Source of the DNA: the human T2T-CHM13v2.0 reference genome, Homo sapiens
Strand: one strand, 5' to 3'
NCBI RefSeq assembly: GCF_009914755.1
Contig: NC_060925.1
Length of the DNA stretch: 64,000 nucleotides
A program made the position numbers and the translations under genes. The notes below the pieces were generated by a model. It made no database searches and was not told where the DNA came from. It was given only the letters and a program-made list of their open reading frames with translations. Positions 25,593-36,858 of the stretch are shown in pieces; position 1 is the first letter of the stretch; the number at the start of each line of letters is the position of its first letter.

Positions 25593-28129
25593 TCAGATTC
25601 CTATTTATTTGGCAGTTTAAAAGGCATCCACTTATTCAAAAACAAGTAAAATTGTTTAGAAGTGATTCAAATATAGATGAGACCTATTAGAGATTCAGCC
25701 CTAACTTAATTATATTTAAAAAGCAAAAGTACAACCATTCTAAAGATTTCACGGTCAAAAACATTGTAAGATCTGGAGAAACATTAGTACCTTGGGATCT
25801 ATATGGATTTACACTATGTGGCTCATCTACAAACCATTGACAGTTAATGTGATATCAGCAAATAATCAGTTTATCAATTTGTACTCCATAAAATTTTTCT
25901 CTCATATGTAAGTTCATGTATCAATATCAAAAGAAGAGTCTCACTTAAAGTAACTCTCTCTATATAAGCCAAAATAAAAATTGAGATGAAAATCTCAGAA
26001 ATAAAGGTTATAAGAAAGAAATCTGACAAAAATATGTCCTAGTAAATGAATCAGCATTTTATTTGCTGGCCCTATCAAATTAGAATTTTACAAGGACATA
26101 GTGGTGTAATCTCTGAGTCCATTTGAGAAGGTAATGAAGTAATTGTTTGCCAGTGATTGATACCCAGCACAAAGAAGACAACTAAAGAGGTGAGCAAAGA
26201 AGAGTCTTCCAAAATAATTTTCAGCACAAGGTAATTGCCAAATATTTTACTGTGATTGAAGTTACTACATTACAACAAAAGACAAGCCTAAAATCAAAAA
26301 ACTGGAGAAAAAATGACGTGACACTGATCTCCAAGCACATACTTGGACAATTTAACAGGCATTTAAGGAAGTAGAAATTTAATTCTGAAAATCCCTTGTT
26401 TAAATTAGTCTAATCATGTTTATTTCCTAATTGTAAAATTTTATGGAGTATTTGGCATGCATGTGTTGTAGCTTTCCAAAAAGGGCTGTAGTATTCAAGA
26501 ATCTCCAACTTTGTTTAACCACCACTCCCTTTTAAAAAAGGAATGTATTTATTTGAGATAAAATACATTATCTTAGATAAATTTATTATTTTAGATTGTT
26601 GTCAGTAAAATTAATTCTTTTTAAATTAATTCATATATAGATATAGAATATTTTTGGTCCTTTTTAAATATATTTTTTGTTAACCAACCATGGCAGTCAT
26701 TATCTCAACACTTTAGTTGCTTTCTAGTAGCTTTCATGCTAGATACCAATCTCAAGCAAATAATTATTCATTACCTTCTCAGACAGACTCAGAGTTTACA
26801 CTTTCTCATTGTTGTAAAAATTGAAATTGATATGGTCCAAAAAACAACATGCTGATTCTCTATAAATATAATGAGATGATCATTTTGAACTATTACATAC
26901 ATGCACAAATATATATATATATATATATCGCCACAGAATCTCCCCCAACCCCCCCCCGCCCCCCAAAAAAGCAAAGCCTTTTGACTCTGTTATTATTGTC
27001 AAAATCAGCTATCTAAAAAAAGTGCCTCTATTGGGTTGAGTCTGGACATCTTTCCTGTGTACACTGTGGGCTGCAGACAGAGTTCACTGGACAAAATGTT
27101 GAGGTACCGAAGTCTATGTCCTAATCTTTCATCCGTGAGAAAAAGATGAAGAAAAGCAAGCACAACACTATATTTCTACAGACTTTAATTTTATTTTATC
27201 ATTATAGTCGTACTCTGCCTAAAATGCCCAAATTAGTGACTGACATGGCTGACAAATAGTATAATAAAGAGTACCAATAATTTTTATACATACACATAAT
27301 ACATATAAATGAGTTTAAAAAACTAATTTCAACTCACAACTGTCTAAGATATAATAAAGTGAAAGATAATTAAAAGATTTATGAGTAGGTTAGAGTAGAA
27401 ATATTATGGCAAAAATAAAACCAAGGCCATTTTAGAGCCATGGTGGCTGAAATGTAAGCTATATCAAGAATTAGATGAAAATAGGTAGCATAAGTGATAG
27501 GACAATTTTCCCTACTTTGAAACTTATTTAGAAGTTATCCCAATCAAGAACAGTGGGGTACATGCACGATTTTTTTTCCTTCTTCTTCTGTTGTCCTCAA
27601 AAAGCTAATCTTGGCTCCCTTGAATCGGAATTCAGACAACTAAGACATTCTTTCTTAAGTAACAGTTTGTTTGCATTTAGACCATTATCTTTATGGCCAA
27701 TTTTATTTTGAGTATGAAACACATGAAAGACATTTTGCAGAAAATTTATGAGTGTATTAGAAAATACCTACACACAAGAAAAGGGGTTTTCTGTTTTTGA
27801 AATGGAAAGTACTTATCTAAGCACCTTTCATGCACTGGGTACTTCATATTTCCATTTCTCAATAACAACATTTAATACATAAATGTAAGGGTTTGTAAAT
27901 TTACTGCTTCATTATTACTGAGTATGTGCTTGTGAGTCATCCTGGAGTGCCTGAAACTAAAAAAATAAAATAATAAAAGATCATTTTATAACATGTAAGT
28001 GTAAGAAAAAACTAATATCCTAATTTCCATACAGTTTCATATAAAATTGCTTTCAGCAAAAGTCCCTCACATTAATATATAAATGCAATTTTTAACTAAA
28101 TCATAGATTCTATAATATTAAAGAATTTG

Positions 28130-28285
28130 GGTCAGCCATGGTGGCTCATGCCTGTAGTCCCAGCTACTCAGGAGACTGAGGTTGGAGGATCCCTTGAGCT
28201 CAGGATGTCAAGGCCACAGTGAGCTATGATCACAACAGCCTGAGCAACAGTGTAAGACTCTGTCTCAACAAAATGAATAAGTAAA
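28130..28285 (+). mobile_element. Alu right-arm monomer (FRAM-like)
   Basis: ggtggctcatgcctgtagtcccagctactcagg...ggatcccttgagctcagg...gtgagctatgatc; flanks share aatttgg. Confidence 0.8.
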
Positions 28286-28319
28286 GAAATAATTTGGAGG
28301 CCATTCTGTAAGGTACTTT

Positions 28320-28740
28320 TATTTGTTGGGATGCAAGTTTGGCTCTAGTAATATAACTCAAATAACAGTAACTTATACAAAATGGAATTTTATTCCTCTC
28401 AAATAACAGTACAACATAAACAATCCATGACTTATATGGTGGCCTCAAAGATGCTGGGTTCTACAGTTCTTCACAAGTTTCTTCAGTTATGATTTTTAGT
28501 TCTAGTCATCACATTTTCATCTTAGCTAGGGGAAAGAGATAAAAAAGATGACACATATTCTTCTTCCCTTAAGAACCAATTTAGGAGTTTCATGCATTCC
28601 TCCCATTTATATACATGTATCCACCTTAGGTGCAAGGAAGGTATACAGGTGTGATGCAGCATGCGCTCAGATGAAACTCAGGGTTGTACTAGTAAAGGAA
28701 GAGAAGATGCAAAGGAAGAAGTGTTTGTCTTCTGTCTATT
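28320..28740 (-). mobile_element. MaLR LTR (MLT1J-like)
   Basis: Reverse-strand hallmarks: aataacagtaacttatacaaaatggaattttatt; ctcagatgaaactcagggttgtactagtaaaggaagagaag. Confidence 0.55.
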
Positions 28741-28769
28741 AGCTACTTAGGAGGAGAAGAAATTGATTT

Positions 28770-29550
28770 CAGGCATTCTCTATCCTAAAGAGTGATCCAC
28801 ATAGCCCTGGGTGTAGGTGGGAAAAGAGGGCAAGATCCTATCAGAAGATGCACAAAGTCAAAACTATTTTCATAGAAATAAATAAGACATTTTTCTTTTG
28901 CATTGTTTTGACACTTCCACTGACAGTTCTAAAGCAATGGAGAGTAAACTACTGCTGAAGGCTTACTACAAACCAATTAGTGCCACCAAACTGCTCTCCT
29001 AGTGGGGATATATTCCTTACTGATACATACTTGTAAAACAGAAAGAAATGTTTTCAAGAATGTTCATTTTGAAGCATTTAAAAGAAAGTTTACTGCATCT
29101 TAATCTTCAGTATAAATCTGCATGTCAAAACAAGACACATGAATAAAGGACTTATGCTGCAGATAGCACTATAATAGTTGATTTGAGGAAAATAACTTTT
29201 GCCATTATTTTAGTTGCAGGCTGAGGTAGCCACGTTTTTCATGGAAAACCATTTTTACTTGACATAGTTTGACAGAAAAATGATGGTTATTCAGACTTGG
29301 ACACTTGGTGGATCTGTTATCAAAACTTAAAAAAATGAGGCTGTTGCTTCAGGACAAACAACTGATTTATTTAACGGCAATGATAACAATAAAGCATTCA
29401 AGTGAACAATACAGAACTTGTATCTGCCACTAGAAGACTGACAGCTTTCTAAAATGTAAAGGCTTTTCTCATGAGTCCAATGATGATATTAATAATAAGT
29501 TCTTTTGTTATTGCCTACTGAAATATGTCAGCATTTGGAAGATTTTCATA
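28770..29550 (+). mobile_element. hAT-Charlie DNA transposon (Charlie1a-like) with transposase remnant
   Basis: gtcaaaactattttcata terminal region. 29284-29364 translates to WLFRLGHLVDLLSKLKKMRLLLQDKQL, resembling the hAT WLxxLxYLxDIFxKLNxLNLxLQG block. A degenerate TDGAxAM motif lies near 28915. Confidence 0.8.
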
Positions 29551-29639
29551 TATAAGTTGAAAGAGCATATATAGGAGTGCATGACATAGCTCTTATATAA
29601 TGAATAGGTAGACTTCAACTCATTTTTCTCTGTGGCATT

Positions 29640-29915
29640 AAAATATTCCATTACATCTCACTTTATTTTGTTAATAAAATATGAATAACTTCATAATAAT
29701 AATATATTCAATTGTTTTAATTGCTTGCTGCAGCCTGTGTGTCCTGACTCAGAAGATCTGAGTGTGTACTTCTATTCACAACTCTGTGTTCAGTGACATC
29801 ATATTGGTAGATTGATATTGACTGTGGTAGTGAACAAAAATTGTTAAATATTGTTCATCAAAGCTTTCCTTTTTCCTAAAGAGTTGTTTGCTAAACTTTT
29901 ACCAACACTTCATTA
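29640..29915 (+). mobile_element. MER63-like hAT (Blackjack) fragment
   Basis: ctgtgttcagtgacatcatattggtagattga...gagttgtttgctaaacttttaccaacac. Confidence 0.6.
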
Positions 29916-30020
29916 AATGTAGTATTTCTATGGATCCTTGCTGCTCTGTGAATGGCAGCACAACATAGTATAGCTCAGTTACGTTTTAGGAATTATACTA
30001 TGATAGTTTTCAATAATTGC

Positions 30021-30384
30021 TGACATAATTTGGCTCTGTTCCCCTACTCAAATCTCACCTCGAATTATAATCCCCACATTAGGGAGGGACCTAGTGTGAG
30101 GTAATTGTAGGGGCAGTTTCCCCTGTGCTGTTCTCCTGAGTGAGTAAGTTCTCACAAGATCTGATGTTTTAAAAGTATAGCACTTCCCCCCTAGCTTCCT
30201 TTCTCTCTCTCTCCTCTGGGTGCCATGCAAGATGTGTCTTGCTTCCCCTTTGCCTTATTCCATGATTCTAAGTTTCCTGCAGTCCCCCCAGCCAGGAAGA
30301 ACTGTGAGTCAATTAAGCCTCTTTTCTTTAGAAATTACCAAGTCTCAGGTAGTTCTTTATAGCAGTGTGGAAGCAGACAATACA
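30021..30384 (+). mobile_element. THE1D-like solo LTR
   Basis: TG...CA; perfect 5-bp TSD ATTGC (30016-30020 and 30385-30389); gaactgtgagtcaattaagcctc, ggtagttctttatagcagtgtg. Confidence 0.92.
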
Positions 30385-31485
30385 ATTGCTGTAATCACTA
30401 TCTTGTGATGAAATTAGTAAGCCATTGTTACATAGCTGCAAAGTTTTAGAATAGGAGCAAAAGTTGACTACCTCAAGGAAACCAAATTGTCGCAGGCTTT
30501 AGAGTTTACTCAAGTAAGAAAAATGATTTTTATGTCGCATGAATTCCTCAGAGCAAAAATGGTGAGATTAATCTGAATGTCAAGCTTTATTGAAAAGGAA
30601 GAACTATACACTATACAGAGTAACTTTAATCTATCTGTCATTATATAGGAAATGTGAAAATATCTTATTGGTGGAGATGTACTTTGAAGGTCTTGTTTGT
30701 TTTTGCTTATTTTTCAAGATCTTAGCAGATCATAAATTGAGAGAAAAGTTCAAGGGAATGACTGAGAACAATTCCATAAAGGCAAGAAAAAAATATAATT
30801 TGTAATGAAAGCGAATTACTGGTATGGCTTATCTAAGTCTTCTTCAAAAATTTCTGAAAATGTAACTTACAAATACCCAATGTTCAGTTTACATTCTACC
30901 ATATTCTACCCTCCTAGAATCCAGTACATATTTTTTTTTGTTTTCCTGATGTCATTTCATATTATTCTTTTAAAATGGAAAAAAAGAGAGATAGAAACAA
31001 AATGTTACATTGGCAGTAAAAGAAAAACGGGGATGGAAAATATCAAACTTCAATAAACAAATTTATCTAGCAAGAAGTCTGCATTGTTTTTGTGTGTGTG
31101 GTGACTAATAGTCAACTTAGGAATTACGCTAAATTAAAAAAAAGGAAGTCAAGAAAATTCTGTGGCAATATTTGACTTATTTAATTTAGAAGTTTTGGAA
31201 AACAAAGATTTATCTCTACTATGTTGAATTCTAATGCAAATATTACACTTCTATTTTATTCTACTTATTTGTGTTGGACGCTCCCAGTTTGAACTGGGAT
31301 TTCAGCTTCCCACATTTTCATTACAAAACTTGAACTTGTATAGCATTTTTGTATGTCAACTTATAATTCATTTATTTTTACTAGAAATTAATGTGGCTTC
31401 CATGATATATTTTACTCTAGTATCTGCTCAATTGCAGTTTCTGTTTTTTCACTCACCTCACATATATCTGCACTTTCTGATAATA

Positions 31486-31787
31486 CAGTCTTCCCTCAGT
31501 ATCCCAAGAGGATTGGTTCCAGGAATTCCTCCATTCCCCCAATATTAAAAAAAAAAATTAACACATACTCAAGACCCACAGTAAGCCTTGCAGAATCTGA
31601 GGATACAAAAATCAGCCCTCCTTATGCATGGGTTTCGCATCCCATAAATACTATATTTTTCATCCACCAGGTTGAGGATGAGGAACTTGGTGATGGAAAA
31701 GGTTGTGTGAAAATCTTTTTGATTGGGAGAAATCTGCATATAACTGGACCCACGCAGTTCAAACTCGTGTTGTTCAAATGTCAGCTG
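31486..31787 (-). mobile_element. Tigger-derived MITE (MER8/MER2B-like)
   Basis: cagtcttccctcagtatcc..ggattggttccagg and ggacccacgcagttcaaactcgtgttgttcaaatgtcagctg termini; TA at the left flank. Confidence 0.75.
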
Positions 31788-32265
31788 GATTCAGATTTCA
31801 TGGATTCCTGTGAACCAATGATTGCCGTTCCTTGAGATTGGATTCCCTGAGATTGTCCAAATCTTCCCTGAGCTTCAGACATACATATCCAGCTCTAGAT
31901 GTACTAGTTAAAAAGAACCCTAAAGTCAATGTCTTTATAACCAGACTCATCAATTTGCTTCCTAATTCACCTCATCTTCTTGCACTTTCTATTTTGGGTA
32001 AAATAATGTATTACATGGTTTTCAAATTGCTTTTAACCTACATATATAAAGCATAAGGCTCATTATAATCAAATAACAAGATCTTCACCCAGCCACATTT
32101 TCCAGGCATGGAATGTTCCCTGGGAGTACACAAAAAGACATATTAAATATCTTATTTGTGGAGGAAATAAGAAAACTTATGAGATGCATAAAATAATGAT
32201 TTATAGCAGTGCTTAGAGGAAGCTTTATTGATGTGAATGACTGTATTTAAAAAGATGAAAGCAAT

Positions 32266-33048
32266 AACAAGGAATCAACCTAGGTTTCCAACAATGGTGG
32301 ACTGGATAAAAAAATATGGTACATACATGCCATGGAATACCACATAGCCATAAAAAATAAAATCACGTCCTTTGCAGTAACATGAATGCAGCTTGAGGCC
32401 ATTATCCTAAGTGAGTTAATGCAAGAATAGAAAGCCAATTAATGTGTGTACTTATTTATAAGTGGGAACTGATATAGTTTGGCTGTGTTCCCACCCAAAT
32501 CTCATCTTGAATTACCACATGTTGTGGAAGGGACCCCGTGGGAGGTAATTGAATCATGGGGCAGGTCTTTCCCATGCTGTTCTTGTGATAGTGAATAAGT
32601 CTCATGAGATTTGATAGTTTTAAAAATGGGAGTTTCCCTGCACAAGTTCTCTCTTTGCCTGCTGCCATTCATGTAAGATGTGACTTGCTCCTCCTTGTCT
32701 TCTGCCATGATTGTGAGGCCTCCACCAGCCATGTGGAACTGTAAGTCCATTAAACCTCTTTTTCTTCCCAGTCTCAAATATGTCTTTATCTGCAGCATAA
32801 AAATGGACTAATACAAGAACTAAACATTTGGTACTTATGGACATAAACATGCTAAAGTAGACACTAGAGACTATTAGAGTGGAGAGAAAGTGAGGGGGCC
32901 AATTATTGAAAACCACTGGGTACTATGCTCACTACCTGGGTGACGGGATCAATCATACCTCAAACCTCAGCATCATGCAATATACCTATAAAACAAATGT
33001 GTACATTTACCACCTGAATCTAAAATAAAAGTTGAAAAATTAAAAAGA
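32266..33048 (+). mobile_element. L1PA16/17-like 3' end, split by THE1A
   Basis: gcagcttgaggccattatcctaagtg...aagtgggaac[THE1]taaacatt...gggtgacgggatcaatcatacctcaaacctcagcatc...ctaaaataaaagttgaaa. Confidence 0.85.
32470..32815 (+). mobile_element. THE1A-like solo LTR
   Basis: tgatatagtttggctgtg...aatggactaataca; TSD ggaac/agaac (1 mismatch); THE1A-type aaacctctttttcttcccagtctc. Confidence 0.92.
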
Positions 33049-35076
33049 ATGTTTTATTCCCAAAAGGTGAAAATTCTCAAATTAATAACTTAAGTTTTTA
33101 TTCCAAGAAACCAGAAAAAGAAAATGACATTAAACACACAGCAAAGAGGAAAAAATAATAGAATTGGTATGAAAAATAAACTAAAAATGAAAAAAATAAT
33201 AAGGACTATCAAGAAAACTAAAAGTTAGTGAAAAATGAAAATGAGGTTGAAAAACTTTTAGCTAAACTGACCACAGGGAGGGGGAGAGAGAGAGAGAGAG
33301 AGAAAGAAAAGAGAAAGGACTGCCTAGGAAACTGAAAAGACACCTTAAAGAATAGAATTAATTATTTGTATATCATACAACTGATAGGGAACTTGCAATC
33401 AGAACATATGAAGTCCTCTTACAACTCAATGCCCACTTTCAAAAAAATATTGAAATCTGTGAAGGATTTGAATAGACATTTTTCCATAAAAGATATACAA
33501 TGAACATGAAAAGATGTTCAAAGCACATGAAAAGATGTTCAATATTGTTAGTCATTAGGGAAATTTAAATCAAAACCAAAAGATATTATTTCATATTCAC
33601 TTCGATGGCTATAACCAAATTGATACAAAATCACAAGTGTTGAAGATAATGTGGAGAGATTGGAGTTGTCATTTGTGACTGGTGAAAATATAAAATGGTG
33701 CAGCCACTGTGAAAAACAGTTTGGTAGCTTCTCAAAATGTTAAATACAGTTGTCTCATGACTCAGCATTTCTCCACTTTGGTATATACCCAAGAAAATTG
33801 AAACATATGTCCACATAAAAAAGTGTACATGAATGTTTATAGAAGCATTATTCATAATAGCTTAGAAGTACAACAAGCCAAATCTTCATCAAGTGATGAA
33901 CGAATAAACAATATGTGGTATACCCATACTACTGATGCTACAACATAGAAGAACCTGAAAGCAGTTTGCTAAGTGAAAGAAGCTAGTCACAAAAGGCCAT
34001 ATATTGTACGATCCCATTTACAGAAAATGTCCAAAATAGGCAAATCTATAGAGACAAATAGTAGATTAGACAAATTTATAGAGAGAAACAGCCTTGGACT
34101 GGGTGAAGGTTTATGAGGAGTGACTGCTAATTGGTAATCCATTCCTTTTTGAGGCAATGAAAATGACCTCACCTTAGATTATGATGGTTGCATAGTTTTT
34201 TTTTTATACTAGACACCAATAAATTGTAAAACCAACCAAACAAACAAAAACAATCCAATGTTTTCTTTTTAAATGGATGTTTAAAATTATGTACTAACCT
34301 TCAGGGTTTTTTTTCCAGCAAAAGAAATCTATAATCACAGAGTTCTCATCTTAATGATTTAAGCACCAAGTCAAAATTCAAACATTTTATGTAAGATATA
34401 CTGATACAAATATATATTTCTTGTGATAGTGTCCTATATTTTCCCGTAGCTTTTTGTTTTCGAACTGACCTCAAATAGATAAATACAACTTTTTATTACA
34501 CTTACTTGTCAGTACATCCTAAAGCAGGAAATTCAAACACTGCTTCCCCAAGTCAGTTCAGACACAAATAATTTAATTGTTGTCATCATTCCTATTAAAT
34601 TTTAGAAGCTTTCATAGTAATTTTCAGAAGTTTTTGTAGAATTAGGTTTGTGGTTTTCTATACACTGGTTATAGAAAATACATCTTGAATTATTTTATTT
34701 GAAAATTATGTATTGAGGAATTTTAATTTCTCATCCTGTTTGTTTCCTAGGCTCACAATGTAACCATAGGGCTTTGTGCTTTTCTGCTCACTGTAATGCA
34801 ATTATTAGTTGGCTACAACACATAATAAATTAGAATGATTTCTTCATTTTGATAAGAAAAGAAAAAAAGAAATAAGTGCTAGTATATATTTTTCTCATTG
34901 TACTATTACTTTGAGAAATAACTATAATTTATTATTTGAGACAATATATTGTTTTCAAATTATCTCTAATAGTATAAATTAGATCATGATTTGTATATTA
35001 ACACACCTGCATTCAGAAAAATAAATAGAACTCACTTTTTCGGCAATAAACTTAATTGCTTACATTACCACAAATG

Positions 35077-35082
35077 TCTTAC
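35077..35082 (-). other. BRINP3: Splice donor of the BRINP3 exon
   Basis: AAG|gtaaga, near consensus. Confidence 0.92.
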
Positions 35083-35305
35083 CTTTGTCTTGGCAGGCTG
35101 ATGAGGGGTTGTTTATGACACCTCTTGCTAAGGCTAAAAAGCTTGTGTACAATTTTCTGCGCCTTTAGGAAAAGTTGTTTCATGCTGTTCTCCAGTTGTT
35201 CATAACGGCGCTGAAAATTAGAATCCATTGTCCACAAATGCATTATAGTAGATGTGTTGAGGAAATAATTCATAGGTAGCCTTTTCATAAATAACTTGAA
35301 TTCAT
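35083..35305 (-). CDS. BRINP3: BRINP3 (FAM5C/DBCCR1L) internal coding exon, penultimate exon (exon 7), 223 bp, phase 1 in / phase 2 out
   Basis: Minus strand reads ...ttttgacatttttcag|AT GAA TTC AAG TTA TTT ATG AAA AGG...CCA AGA CAA AG|gtaaga. The open frame DEFKLFMKRLPMNYFLNTSTIMHLWTMDSNFQRRYEQLENSMKQLFLKAQKIVHKLFSLSKRCHKQPLISLPRQR matches the BRINP3 sequence as I recall it (paralogous to BRINP1 DEFKSFMKRLPSNHFL). Length is 2+73x3+2=223. The exon number is from memory. Confidence 0.96.
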
Positions 35306-35345
35306 CTGAAAAATGTCAAAATTCAACACTTTAATTATGAAACAA
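35306..35345 (-). other. BRINP3: Splice acceptor region of the BRINP3 exon (short polypyrimidine tract)
   Basis: Minus strand gtttcataattaaagtgttgaattttgacatttttcag|; AG at 35307-35306. Confidence 0.9.
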
Positions 35346-36129
35346 TTATTTTTTGTTTTTCACAAACACGTATGTCAATATTAAGAACAAATACATATAC
35401 ACATATATGTCAAATTAAGAACAAATAAATACAGTGCCTCATTTGTGAGTAGCAAATTAATAGAAGATGGGGTTTTTAGATGCTTTAGAATTACCTTCTT
35501 TGCTGTTCCCTTTAAAATAGAACTTTCATGAAAGAAGAAAACTAAAATAATTTGTGCTAAAGCAAATAGTTGAAGCAGAAAGTTTAAGTTTAACTTAATT
35601 TTTCTGTGTGCTTCTTTTAAACGTCTTTCAGTAAACTTTCTTCAATACATAATCATTAATCTGACTTTCATTTTTGGCAATGGTATTAATAATCCTTTGT
35701 ATATTTAAAAACCTTTTCAGAAATTTTTATTAAATCAGAATAGAAAATATATAAAACCAAATAATTGTATCAGTTTTTAAAGAAAAACAAAAACCTTTTT
35801 AAATATAAAATTTTAGATTTTAAATATAAAATTATAATATTAAACTATGCACCCTAATTATAACCGATCTTATTTTTAACCCTCTTTGTAACTGACTATA
35901 TTCTAATTTGTTATGACTAACCATTTAAAACATGAGTACATGCTAAAAAAATACTGAAAAGAATTTAAAGCTGAAATATTGGCTTTTGTTTTTGAGTCAA
36001 TAATTGTGCTGTCTTTTCAACTGTCTCGTTTAACCAACATTAGGAATAAAAGTTGATGCTACACTAAAATAAATAATAATAAAGAAGAGCTAATAAATAT
36101 CTGAACACAAAAGATAGTTGAAATAATTT

Positions 36130-36345
36130 TCTAAAGGTGGAAACAACTAGACGGTTAATCAACAAATATGAGCATATACAAAATGTATTATATACATACA
36201 ATAGAATATTATTCAGCCATAACAATGAATAAAGTTCTGACACATGCTACAGCATAGACAGACCTTTAAGATATTACACTCAGTGAAATAAACCAGACAC
36301 AAAAGGAAAAATATATTGTATGACTTCCCTTTAACGAAATATCAA
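36130..36345 (+). mobile_element. L1MB-like 3' fragment
   Basis: atacatacaatagaatattattcagccata...cagtgaaataaaccagacacaaaagg. Confidence 0.75.
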
Positions 36346-36610
36346 TGCTGGGAAATGCAACTTTTTAACAATTCACAGTGAATTATATTCATGAACATTG
36401 GGTTTATTTTTCCTAGATCAAATAAGTACAGAGTTCTGGCATCTTTACGGCATTGAAGGAATAGACTTTTATCTGAAAAAAGAAGGAAAACTAAGCAAGG
36501 TAACAGTACTTTTTACAGAAAAAAGAAAAGAGAAAACATTTTATAGGGCGTATCTGTCCAATATGCTTCAAACCATTTTTTAAGTAAGCAGAGTTTAAAT
36601 AATAGATGCA

Positions 36611-36858
36611 TTTTTTTTTTTTTTGAGATGGGGTTTTGCTCGTTATCCAGGCTAGAGTGCAAAGGTGCCATCTCGGTTCACTGCAACCTCCACATCCAAG
36701 CAATTCTCCTGCCTCAGCCTCCCGAGTAGCTGTGATTACAGTGCGTGCCACCAGGCCCAGCTACTTTTTTGTAATTTTTTAGCTGACCAACAAGGTGAAA
36801 CCCCATCTCTGCCTCCCAAAGTGCTGGGATTACAGGAGTAGAGCCACTCTGCCTGGCC
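36611..36858 (-). mobile_element. Rearranged AluS (internal inversion plus deletion)
   Basis: Antisense Alu from the poly-T to cctggcc, but 36783-36810 is sense-oriented Alu sequence. Confidence 0.88.

Larger units (their letters stand above)
32195..34240 (+). mobile_element. Old L1 (L1MB-like) ORF2 pieces plus 3' UTR, hosting nested insertions
   Basis: ORF2 gcagtgcttagaggaag (32205) resumes at ~33070 (ctcaaattaataacttaag...ttagctaaactgacc). 3' end aagtgaaagaagctagtcacaaaaggcc...ggcaaatctatagagaca. Confidence 0.75.

Noticed and set aside
26220-26240. REST/RE1-like site TTCAGCACAAGGTAATTGCC
   Set aside because: Only the left half matches, and the essential GGACAG half is absent.
35079-35288. 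The 69-aa ORF as a stand-alone small gene
   Set aside because: It is the internal part of a spliced BRINP3 exon. The frame extends upstream to an AG acceptor, and the stop lies inside the donor site.
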